A DNA stretch of 32,000 bases from Candidatus Saccharimonas aalborgensis (GTDB lineage Bacteria; Patescibacteriota; Saccharimonadia; Saccharimonadales; Saccharimonadaceae), in NCBI RefSeq assembly GCF_000392435.1, contig NC_021219.1, positions 240,001 to 272,000 of the forward strand. Direction: 5' to 3'. How positions within the stretch are numbered: position 1 is the stretch's first letter; each line of letters starts with the position of its first letter. The notes beneath the pieces were generated by a model. It made no database searches, was not told the origin of the DNA, and saw nothing but the letters and a program-made list of their open reading frames with translations. The translations under genes were made by a program, and so were the position numbers. Below, one piece after another: positions 17,001 through 24,629 of this stretch.

Positions 17001-17043
17001 TAAATGGCGTCTGCACGAGGGGTTTCCTCACAGAACATGAATC

Positions 17044-17072
17044 ATTATAGCACTTAGTTGAATAAATGTCAA
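17044..17072 (-). promoter_or_regulatory. Consensus promoter TTGACA-N17-TATAAT (with TG extended -10)
   Basis: Minus strand TTGACA (17067-17072), 17-nt spacer, TATAAT (17044-17049), just downstream of the obgE stop. Confidence 0.88.
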
Positions 17073-17097
17073 TATGTTTTTGTTTTATTTTGTAAGA

Positions 17098-18390
17098 TTA
17101 CTGCTCTACCAGGGTAAACTGAGGCGAATCGCCAATCTGAATCATGCTGTCGCCTCTCGCACCCATACGCGCCAATTCGTGGCCGATACCAAGTCGTTTC
17201 ATGATATCACGGAGACGGTTGAGACTCTCGAATTGATCGTAATTGGTGCGGATAGCAAATTTTTCGATCTTTTCGCCGGTTACCCTATAAACACTGTTCT
17301 CGTCGTCATATTCCACTTTCCAGCGTGCAGACGCTGCGTGATCTGGGAGACTAATGACAACAGGTTGTTCAGGCTGATTCTCTTTTATTGGTTCATCGCT
17401 CTCACGGACTTGCTGGACTTTGACACGAAGTGCCCGTAAAACCTCAGTAATACCCTGGTGGGACTGAGAGGAAATCACAAAAATATCTGTCGAAGGAGAG
17501 ACCACCGTGCAGAGCGTATCTCGTTGCATGGCAATCATTTCATCGTCCAGACCCTCGCACTTTGTCAGGGCTATTACCTCAGGTCGGTTTACAAGTTCCG
17601 GACTATAACGCTCCAGTTCGTTTCGAATTGTTGTATAGGCGGCTGCCACGTCATCACTGTAGGCATCGATGAGATGCAGCAATACCGCCGTCCGCTCAAC
17701 ATGACGCAGGAACGCATCGCCGAGACCTTTTCCTTCGCTTGCGCCCTCGATCAAGCCAGGGATATCTGCGATCAGAATGCTTGTACCATCACTATCTGCC
17801 ACACCGAGATGGGGGGTCAAGGTCGTAAATGGGTAGTCGGCGATCTCAGGACGGGCATTGCTGACAACAGAGAGAAACGTCGATTTTCCTGCGTTTGGAA
17901 AGCCGACGAGGCCAACGTCTGCGAGTAGTTTTAGTTCAAGCTCAGCCACAAAACCTTCGCCCGGCTCACCAAGTTCAGCCATACGGGGAGTTTGGCGAGT
18001 CGATGATTTGAAGTGCGCGTTGCCAAAGCCACCCCCACCACCCTTAGCAATAATTGCCTCTTGGCCTGGATACGTCAGATCGGCGATTTCCACCCCCTCG
18101 CGCTTGACGAGCGTACCGACAGGCACCTTGACCAACAGATCAGTCCCCCATCGACCGGCCATTTTTTTCTTGCTACCATTGACGCCGTTTTCGGCCTTTA
18201 GCTCTGGCTTATAGCGAAAGTTAAGCAGGGTATTGAGCTGCTCTGTGGCAACAAAAACCACGTTACCACCTCGTCCCCCATCACCGCCATCTGGACCGCC
18301 CTTGTCAACATAAATCTCATGCCGAAAACTGACGGCACCATCGCCGCCTTTGCCTGCCTGTATTGTCACTGTTGCTGTATCGACAAACAT
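17098..18390 (-). CDS. obgE: GTPase ObgE/CgtA
   Basis: VTIQAGKGGDGAVSFRHEIYVDKGGPDGGDGGRGGNVVFVA; GFPNAGKSTFLS; DIPGLIEGA; C-terminal OCT-like domain. Confidence 0.96.
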   Translation of the reverse strand: MFVDTATVTIQAGKGGDGAVSFRHEIYVDKGGPDGGDGGRGGNVVFVATEQLNTLLNFRYKPELKAENGVNGSKKKMAGRWGTDLLVKVPVGTLVKREGVEIADLTYPGQEAIIAKGGGGGFGNAHFKSSTRQTPRMAELGEPGEGFVAELELKLLADVGLVGFPNAGKSTFLSVVSNARPEIADYPFTTLTPHLGVADSDGTSILIADIPGLIEGASEGKGLGDAFLRHVERTAVLLHLIDAYSDDVAAAYTTIRNELERYSPELVNRPEVIALTKCEGLDDEMIAMQRDTLCTVVSPSTDIFVISSQSHQGITEVLRALRVKVQQVRESDEPIKENQPEQPVVISLPDHAASARWKVEYDDENSVYRVTGEKIEKFAIRTNYDQFESLNRLRDIMKRLGIGHELARMGARGDSMIQIGDSPQFTLVEQ

Positions 18391-18463
18391 ATCTGTTACC
18401 AGTATAGCAAAACTGCCTCATTTTTGGCCGAGAGGCAGTTGTTTATTGTTTTGTTATTTAGCT

Positions 18464-19648
18464 CTAATGGATATATTTATACATACCGCTGGTTGCTTCA
18501 CCCCAGGAGATTATACCAAATCCAACACGATTCCAGCCGCCGCCCCAGCGATACCCGTTCATCTCCGAGATCGAGATCGATACCCCAGGTACAATACTTT
18601 CGACAATTGCAACGTGTCCGTAGCCGCCGCCGTTTGCCATCACCGCTCCCGGAGTAGGATTGCCGTCGACCAGATAGCTCGACGAGGCCGCGCTAGCCCA
18701 GGTGTTAGCATTGCCCCACATGCCGCCGACCGGGTTACCCAGCTGTAAACGACGTTCATAGGCGTAAAAGGTACACTGACCTGTACCGTATCTGTTGCCA
18801 GGGGAAGTACCTGCAGTCCAGTAGTAGGCGGTACCATTTGCTTGACCACCGCTATAGGTGGCGTAATTGTAGTTATAGGTAACAGCGCGTCGTGGTGCAA
18901 CGTAACCCGGCTGTTCTGTCGCCGGTAAATCACCACCGGGAATAAGAATACGTGAACCCACCACGGGAGTTCCGGTTACCTCAAGATCATTATAGGTGAT
19001 AAGCAGCTGTTTATCTGCCTTGTACTTCGCGGCAATACTATCAACTGTATCCCCAGACTTAACAGTGTACAAAATACCGTCAGTTGGCGGAATAGTAAGC
19101 GTTTTTCCAGGGGCAACAGCATCTGAAGTAAGATTATTCGCCCATTTCACCGTCTGAGCCGAGATATTGTATCGCTGGGCAATGGTAGGAATTGTGTCAC
19201 CTGTAATAGTTGTATACTGCTGAGGCGTGCGTCCGTCTGCTGTTGGCTGCACAATCTGTGGCTTGCTGATGGTATTGGTGTCAGTTTGAGCAAGCGTATT
19301 CTCGATCGACAGAGACTGAGAAAGGCTCAGCACATTGCCAGCAACCGGCAGCTCTGTTCTCTCTGCAATCGTCGCCCCTACACTTGTTGCCAACATAGAG
19401 TCGACCGTAGGCTGAGAAACATCATTGAGGGCGGTGTTGCCCGTCAAACCGCTTGTAGAAGCTAACGCCTGACGCTGTGGCGGCTGATACGTCATCGCTA
19501 CAACAGATACGATAAGTAAAAACACTCCCAGATAAGCTGAGAGCGACGAAAGCGAAAACGGAAAACGAGATGACGAACGGCGTTTTTCAGTCCGCGTCGT
19601 ATCAGATATCGGTGTAAGCACTCGGGCCTTGAATTGCTTCAGAGCCAT
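18464..19648 (-). CDS. Secreted peptidoglycan hydrolase candidate: N-terminal TM, two LysM domains, C-terminal CHAP domain
   Basis: LysM YTITGDTIPTIAQRYNISAQTVKWANNL and YTVKSGDTVDSIAAKYKADKQLLITYNDL; CHAP GTGQCTFYAYERRLQLGNPVGGMWGNANTWA...GHVAIVESI. Confidence 0.92.
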   Translation of the reverse strand: MALKQFKARVLTPISDTTRTEKRRSSSRFPFSLSSLSAYLGVFLLIVSVVAMTYQPPQRQALASTSGLTGNTALNDVSQPTVDSMLATSVGATIAERTELPVAGNVLSLSQSLSIENTLAQTDTNTISKPQIVQPTADGRTPQQYTTITGDTIPTIAQRYNISAQTVKWANNLTSDAVAPGKTLTIPPTDGILYTVKSGDTVDSIAAKYKADKQLLITYNDLEVTGTPVVGSRILIPGGDLPATEQPGYVAPRRAVTYNYNYATYSGGQANGTAYYWTAGTSPGNRYGTGQCTFYAYERRLQLGNPVGGMWGNANTWASAASSSYLVDGNPTPGAVMANGGGYGHVAIVESIVPGVSISISEMNGYRWGGGWNRVGFGIISWGEATSGMYKYIH

Positions 19649-19869
19649 TCGTTGATTACGAATAACGATTCTCCTGTGAAACCATTGCTGGAATCACGTC
19701 TACCCCACTCTGTCTTTCTCCTCTCGCAAGGGAGGACTGGCGCGCGCGTGTCGACCGATGTTATCAATTGATATTAGTAAAATCTTTGCTTATTTCGGCG
19801 GCCGTTCGACATTTAAAGGTAAGCAGTACCGTGTTATACATCCGTACACTGGACGATACGTGCTCCACC

Positions 19870-19899
19870 ATTGTAGCAAGCCTGAGCATGATATGTCAA
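19870..19899 (-). promoter_or_regulatory. Putative promoter TTGACA-N18-TACAAT at the end of mltG, driving the LysM-CHAP gene with a leader of about 215 nt
   Basis: Minus strand TTGACA (19894-19899), 18-nt spacer ending TGC, TACAAT (19870-19875). Confidence 0.6.
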
Positions 19900-19905
19900 G
19901 GTCGC

Positions 19906-21141
19906 CTAAAGGGTGCTGCAGAGTTTTTGACAATGAGTTTGAATATTCGCTTCATGTTCAGATTGGGTTTTTGCAAAGTAAATTACGCCATCGTCTCCCG
20001 CCAGAAAGAAGAGGTCATCACCCTGTGCAGGGTCCGCCACTGCCTTTAGTGCGCCCAGTCCCGGTGACGCGATCGGTCCAGGAGGAAGTCCAGCGTGAAT
20101 ACGAGTATTATAGGGAGAATCGACATCAACGCTTGGTGGGATGCCTAACTTATCTGCCCCGTAGATAAACGTCACATCAGAGCCAAGTGTCATGCCAAGT
20201 TCCAAACGGCGATAAAACACCTGAGCGATACGTCGTTGGTTTTCTTGACAGGTTTTCAATGACGCCTCAGTAGTCTTATTTGAGCAACCAAGTTCCCGTT
20301 GAACAATTGACGCTAAGGTGATGGCTTGATAGAGCGTCAGACCGCGCGCTGTGTACTTATCGATCAATTTATTGGACTGGAGCTGGGAATATAATTCATC
20401 AAACGCAGTGCTAAGGACCGTCTCTGGCGAGGCATCTGTCGGCACATAATAGGTCTCTCCAAACACATAGCCCTCGAGTGAACTACCGGCCGGTTTACCT
20501 GCGAAAAGAGGCCCCTTTCTTGAAGCTTCAAGTGTCGCCGTTATCTGTTCGCGAGAAAAACCATATTTTATGAGCTGCGACGTAACATCTCTCCCGCTCG
20601 GACGGAATGTCGAAGCTGTGAGCGTTTCGCCTGGATAAAAGGTGATTACTTTGAAATCATTACACCCCTTTTGTAGCGTATCGACAATTTCCTGTACACT
20701 CTGGCGAGGAGCAAAGCGACAACTACCGGCCTTGAGTTCGCTACGTGTCAGCTTGATGTAGAGTGTGAACGCAAACTCATCGCGTATAAGATGCGCGCTT
20801 TTCAGCGTGCGAGCGATCTGTACCGAACTACTGCCCTGCTCAATCACAACCGATACGCGTCGGTCATCACTAGCGTCAACGGGTTTTAGTTGTTCATGGT
20901 ACCAGGCATAGGATGCCCCCGCCGTTGCTACAATGAAGCTGGCTGCAACGAGCCAAAGCCATTTTAGGCTTTTGCGGGAAGGTGCTGGACTTGCCTTCTG
21001 GCGTACGGGTGCACCGACAGATGATGGTGGACGGGAAGCCGAAACCACCGGACGCGGTAATTGTGCTAGTGTTGGTTGAGTTGGTGCAGGTTGGGGAGTG
21101 GTAGGAGAAGGCTTGCGCACAGGTCGTTTAAATCCGTCCAT
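19906..21141 (-). CDS. mltG: Endolytic transglycosylase MltG (YceG-like)
   Basis: LEGYVFGETYYVP, TLYQAITLASIVQRE, VFYRRLELGMTLGSDVTFIYG, YNTRIHAGLPPGPIASPG. Confidence 0.92.
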   Translation of the reverse strand: MDGFKRPVRKPSPTTPQPAPTQPTLAQLPRPVVSASRPPSSVGAPVRQKASPAPSRKSLKWLWLVAASFIVATAGASYAWYHEQLKPVDASDDRRVSVVIEQGSSSVQIARTLKSAHLIRDEFAFTLYIKLTRSELKAGSCRFAPRQSVQEIVDTLQKGCNDFKVITFYPGETLTASTFRPSGRDVTSQLIKYGFSREQITATLEASRKGPLFAGKPAGSSLEGYVFGETYYVPTDASPETVLSTAFDELYSQLQSNKLIDKYTARGLTLYQAITLASIVQRELGCSNKTTEASLKTCQENQRRIAQVFYRRLELGMTLGSDVTFIYGADKLGIPPSVDVDSPYNTRIHAGLPPGPIASPGLGALKAVADPAQGDDLFFLAGDDGVIYFAKTQSEHEANIQTHCQKLCSTL

Positions 21142-21544
21142 ACTGTTGCTCCAAATAATCTTGCAATATGAGGCTCGCCGCGAGAGCATCGATATCACCC
21201 TTTTGATAGGGTTTGCCACGTGATCTCACTATCTCTTCAGCTTTAACACTTGTCAACGACTCATCCTGAAAGATCACCTCTTTTCCTATCGATTCGATTT
21301 TTTTTGCAAATGCTTCAACACTCTTGGTCTGCTGCGTTGTCTCTCCTGATTGATTGCGTGGGTAGCCGACAATGATCGTACTCACTTTTTCTTGGTTGAC
21401 GATACGTGTTATTTGCTCTAATTCGCTACCGTCGACCAAAAGTGTATCGTAGGCAATAGCAATACGAATGTTGCTCTGTGCGATCGCCACCCCTATGCGT
21501 TTCTCGCCGACATCGAGGGCAAGCAGGGTGGTGCTAGATGCCAT
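21128..21544 (-). CDS. ruvX: RuvX/YqgF family putative Holliday junction resolvase / pre-16S rRNA nuclease
   Basis: LLALDVGEKRIGVAIAQ, TIIVGYPRNQSG, FQDESLTSVKAEE. Confidence 0.93.
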   Translation of the reverse strand: MASSTTLLALDVGEKRIGVAIAQSNIRIAIAYDTLLVDGSELEQITRIVNQEKVSTIIVGYPRNQSGETTQQTKSVEAFAKKIESIGKEVIFQDESLTSVKAEEIVRSRGKPYQKGDIDALAASLILQDYLEQQYGRI

Positions 21545-23156
21545 TTACCTTAAACTCAACCTGTATACGCCTGGTGTCATTTGGGGCTTGGTTTACCCAA
21601 AACGGCGAAAACTTGATATCAGCACTCTCGATGCCGTTGACTGCCTGGACGCGCGATTGAATCTCACCGTATTTCCTGCCCTTTGCAAACTCTTTGATGG
21701 CGTTTTCATCAATTCTTGGGCCCACCTTACCATTCGTTGAGATAGATGCGGTGAAATTACCGTTATCGACCGCATTGACATTTGTGAGTGACAGCGCAGC
21801 AAGGCCATTGTCATATACTTTCTGGTCTGTTTTGCCATCGATTTGCTGTGCAAAATAGGCATCGAGATACTTTGTGGCCTCACTCTTGGAGATAGCGGTC
21901 AGAGAATATCCCACACTCCCAGCCAATGCACCCTTACCATCGGGAGCCTCGGCTCCGACAGCGGGACTCGCTTTTACCGCAGCAGCATCTGTTTTGAATG
22001 AACTTTCGACGATAATATAATCGCTCCCGAAGTCACTGACCAGTTGTTTCTTTGCTTCATCACCGGTCGAAGACTGTGTCACCTGACCCTGTACGGCATC
22101 GATATCGCTCTGCTGTACGGCAGTGACAGTTTTGTCGGTACCGCCAGAAGTAGCGCCACTAAAGGTAGCCGTCATCCCTGAACCCGATAGGCTGCCAGTG
22201 GCGGCATTGTACTTGGTGCCGCTTTCGGCAGCGGTCACACTACCCGTAGCGGTTCCGGCACAAGCAGTCGGGAAACATCCTGGACCAAAGGTGCTCGCAG
22301 GAACACTCACCGCTGTATCAGTAACAAAGATAAGCCCTCCCGTGCTGGTTAATTGTGTTCCAGCCGGGATGGTTGTTGCACTCAACGACTGATGCGAGAA
22401 CTTAACGCTTCCTATGGCCTTATCACCGACGTCCTTCTTGCCTGTCGCTGTAAACGGTATCGAAATATCTTTTTTGAGAGTCTTGGTCTCGGCTTTTATG
22501 GTTCCGGCTTTTAGATCAGTGCCTGCTGTCGCCGTCAGTGTTACGCGGCTATTCAATGCCGTATCAGTAGTGCGAGCGGTGATAATAACACGCGCCGATG
22601 GAGCAAAGATGATCGCCCAGACCAAAAAAAGTATGAGTGCTGCGACGCAGCCAATGATAAGAAATAATTTTTTGCGAAATCTATCGAAATTTGGCACTTT
22701 TGAGGCTGACTGTCTGACGACTGGGGTATCCTCTTTTTCGTCACCATCGGGCAAGGTTGCGGCCACCGCTGCCGCGCCGACACCACCTGCGACAGGTGTT
22801 GCTGATGTTGGAGCTTTCTCAGATAGCACTTCAGTCCCATCGATGATATCCTCGCCATCGTCAATCTCAAGCACGGGTATCTCGGGCATTTCTGGCTTAC
22901 TTTGGAGATTTTTTGCTACTGGGATACCGGCGTTGCTCGCGAGCGCTACCAGCGCCGCGTTATTGGAAATAATAACAAGATGTTTGCCTTCGTGTGTTGC
23001 CGCACGCTGAACGAGTTTGAGGTTGACTGCACTCTGAATCGCCCCCACTCTTTTTGGAGGAACAAGCGCGACAACCTTTTGTTTTGCCGCCTTTACTTTG
23101 CCGATGATGGCAGTAATATCATCTTCGACATCAATATAAAGTACGTCTTTTTGCAT
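21534..23156 (-). CDS. Hypothetical single-TM protein with cytoplasmic alpha/beta N-terminus and long Thr/Ser-rich exported region (baseplate-J-like beta segment suspected)
   Basis: 540-aa ORF; TM LFLIIGCVAALILFLVWAIIFAP; exported repeats of T/G/S-rich beta sequence. Confidence 0.7.
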   Translation of the reverse strand: MQKDVLYIDVEDDITAIIGKVKAAKQKVVALVPPKRVGAIQSAVNLKLVQRAATHEGKHLVIISNNAALVALASNAGIPVAKNLQSKPEMPEIPVLEIDDGEDIIDGTEVLSEKAPTSATPVAGGVGAAAVAATLPDGDEKEDTPVVRQSASKVPNFDRFRKKLFLIIGCVAALILFLVWAIIFAPSARVIITARTTDTALNSRVTLTATAGTDLKAGTIKAETKTLKKDISIPFTATGKKDVGDKAIGSVKFSHQSLSATTIPAGTQLTSTGGLIFVTDTAVSVPASTFGPGCFPTACAGTATGSVTAAESGTKYNAATGSLSGSGMTATFSGATSGGTDKTVTAVQQSDIDAVQGQVTQSSTGDEAKKQLVSDFGSDYIIVESSFKTDAAAVKASPAVGAEAPDGKGALAGSVGYSLTAISKSEATKYLDAYFAQQIDGKTDQKVYDNGLAALSLTNVNAVDNGNFTASISTNGKVGPRIDENAIKEFAKGRKYGEIQSRVQAVNGIESADIKFSPFWVNQAPNDTRRIQVEFKVNGI

Positions 23157-23162
23157 TCTAAC

Positions 23163-24443
23163 CTATATTCGTAGCATCCGATTTAGCTTTTCTTTGAGCG
23201 AATCAGCGTTACTAGTGCCTATCATTGTATCATATCCGACCCTTAGCAGGCCCATGGCAGTGATATACGTGTGGTCGCTTGCCTTTGCTGTCATATCTGT
23301 GATTCCCGCTACTTCACTCGGGCGAATTCGTTGAACAGACGGACGCTTGGTAAAAGGTAGCTCCTTATACCACTGGCGCGTTTCGAGCGCTTTTACGAGC
23401 TGTTCAAGGCTCGCGCCGCCTCCACAGAGTAAAATGCGATTTGGCAGGTGGTCAATCGAATCAAACTCTCCAAGTGCTAATTCGACACCTGCCAGCCATA
23501 CCTCAAGTGTTTTGTCGATGGCCTGCTCGACATCTTTTTTGACTGATTCTTTGACATGCTCGTTATCAATATTGACCTTTAGCTTTTCGGCCTGATCATA
23601 GGAAATATTCATATCACCAGCAATCGTATTGGTGAAACTACGGCCGCCGATTCCAAACATTTTTGTCCCCTCGACCCCGCCGTCGTTTACCACTGCGATA
23701 TCGGTCGTTCCGCCACCAACATCTGCCAAGATAGCAGTAAATGAACTATTGGCATCGGTGCCCAGCACACTGCGACTAACGGCAAAGGGTTCAGCGGCCA
23801 CCGCTATTAGTTCGAGCGCCAACTCATCAGCAACCCGTTCGAGTGCACCAATATGCACCATCGGAGCAAATGCGGTATATATCTGCACCGCTACATCTTT
23901 GCCCTGAAACCCAATCGGATTGCTCACTTTGTAACCATCAATATGAATACTGACAAGTGCCGAGTTGACTAACTTCACCTCGACATCGTCATTACCTGTC
24001 TCGAGTGCTATTTGCTTTTGGGCTTTTGCGGCAGCACGAGTTTGGACTTTTTCGATAATGAATTCCATTTCAGATTCGTCGAGCGGTCGATCTGGCTGAG
24101 GACGACGATAGCGAATTGTGTGTGTGACACCTTTGACTAGTTCGCCAGCGATACCGATCACAACATGCTTACCACGCACACCCGCCTCGGTCTCAGCTTC
24201 GGCAAGCGCTGCTTCGCAGTTTTTGACGACACCCGCAATATCTGCGATCGCCCCAGAGTGCATGTCCGCTAGCTCCTGGTGCATTCGCCCGACACCCATG
24301 ATTTCAATTGCATCGCCCTTAACACGAGCGATGAGCGCCTTGACATATTCAGTACCGATGTCTAACCCAACAATGACGTCGTCCCCGGGTTTGGACTTCG
24401 TGGCGAATTTAGATAGTGTTTGCTTGAATGTATCAAGTACCAT
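23163..24443 (-). CDS. FtsA/PilM-like actin-fold ATPase
   Basis: VIVGLDIGTEYVKALIA, ILADVGGGTTDIAVVNDGG, ILLCGGGASLEQLVKAL. Start at MVLDTFKQTLSKF; minus-strand TATAAT (24453-24458) lies 9 nt before it. Confidence 0.88.
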   Translation of the reverse strand: MVLDTFKQTLSKFATKSKPGDDVIVGLDIGTEYVKALIARVKGDAIEIMGVGRMHQELADMHSGAIADIAGVVKNCEAALAEAETEAGVRGKHVVIGIAGELVKGVTHTIRYRRPQPDRPLDESEMEFIIEKVQTRAAAKAQKQIALETGNDDVEVKLVNSALVSIHIDGYKVSNPIGFQGKDVAVQIYTAFAPMVHIGALERVADELALELIAVAAEPFAVSRSVLGTDANSSFTAILADVGGGTTDIAVVNDGGVEGTKMFGIGGRSFTNTIAGDMNISYDQAEKLKVNIDNEHVKESVKKDVEQAIDKTLEVWLAGVELALGEFDSIDHLPNRILLCGGGASLEQLVKALETRQWYKELPFTKRPSVQRIRPSEVAGITDMTAKASDHTYITAMGLLRVGYDTMIGTSNADSLKEKLNRMLRI

Positions 24444-24495
24444 ACTTTGATGATTATACAACGAAACTGCTTGTGCCAGCAAATTAGTGTTGCCC

Positions 24496-24613
24496 GGCTA
24501 TCCCCACTTCCCCGCTCCAGACAACCGGCCCGCCGCTAACTGAATCAGCCTTCGCTCTTGGCGGGCCTTGGCCCATCAGGGCCAACTGTCTGTCGGGAGA
24601 GGTGGGGATAGCC
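24496..24613. repeat. Structured intergenic element with 12-bp perfect terminal inverted repeats and nested hairpins
   Basis: GGCTATCCCCAC (24496-24507) / GTGGGGATAGCC (24602-24613); inner GGCCCGCC/GGCGGGCC and TTGGCCC/GGGCCAA. Confidence 0.75.
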
Positions 24614-24629
24614 AGATGATAATGGATTG

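Larger units (their letters stand above)
16204..17037 (-). ncRNA. Large structured non-coding RNA of unknown class, about 830 nt
   Basis: Perfect sigma70-type promoter immediately upstream. 17-bp long-range closing helix 16984-17000/16240-16256. Long hairpins at 16268-16298, 16452-16500, 16640-16661, 16910-16967. Terminator at 16204-16224. No credible CDS. Confidence 0.8.

Noticed and set aside
16204-17037. Identity of the large ncRNA as RNase P RNA, tmRNA, SRP, 6S or an intron
   Set aside because: GAGGAAAcCCC near the 5' end faintly recalls the RNase P GAGGAAAGUCC motif but is better read as a small GAGG/CCTC hairpin, and no matching ACAGAA..CCCG region was found. There is no tRNA-like end with a tag ORF, no SRP Alu/S-domain consensus, and no group II domain V. 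A cmscan is still required.
19758-20168. Plus-strand ORFs antisense to mltG (19758..20168, 19768..20049)
   Set aside because: mltG on the minus strand has clear family motifs; the antisense ORFs have no recognisable domain and no convincing SD.
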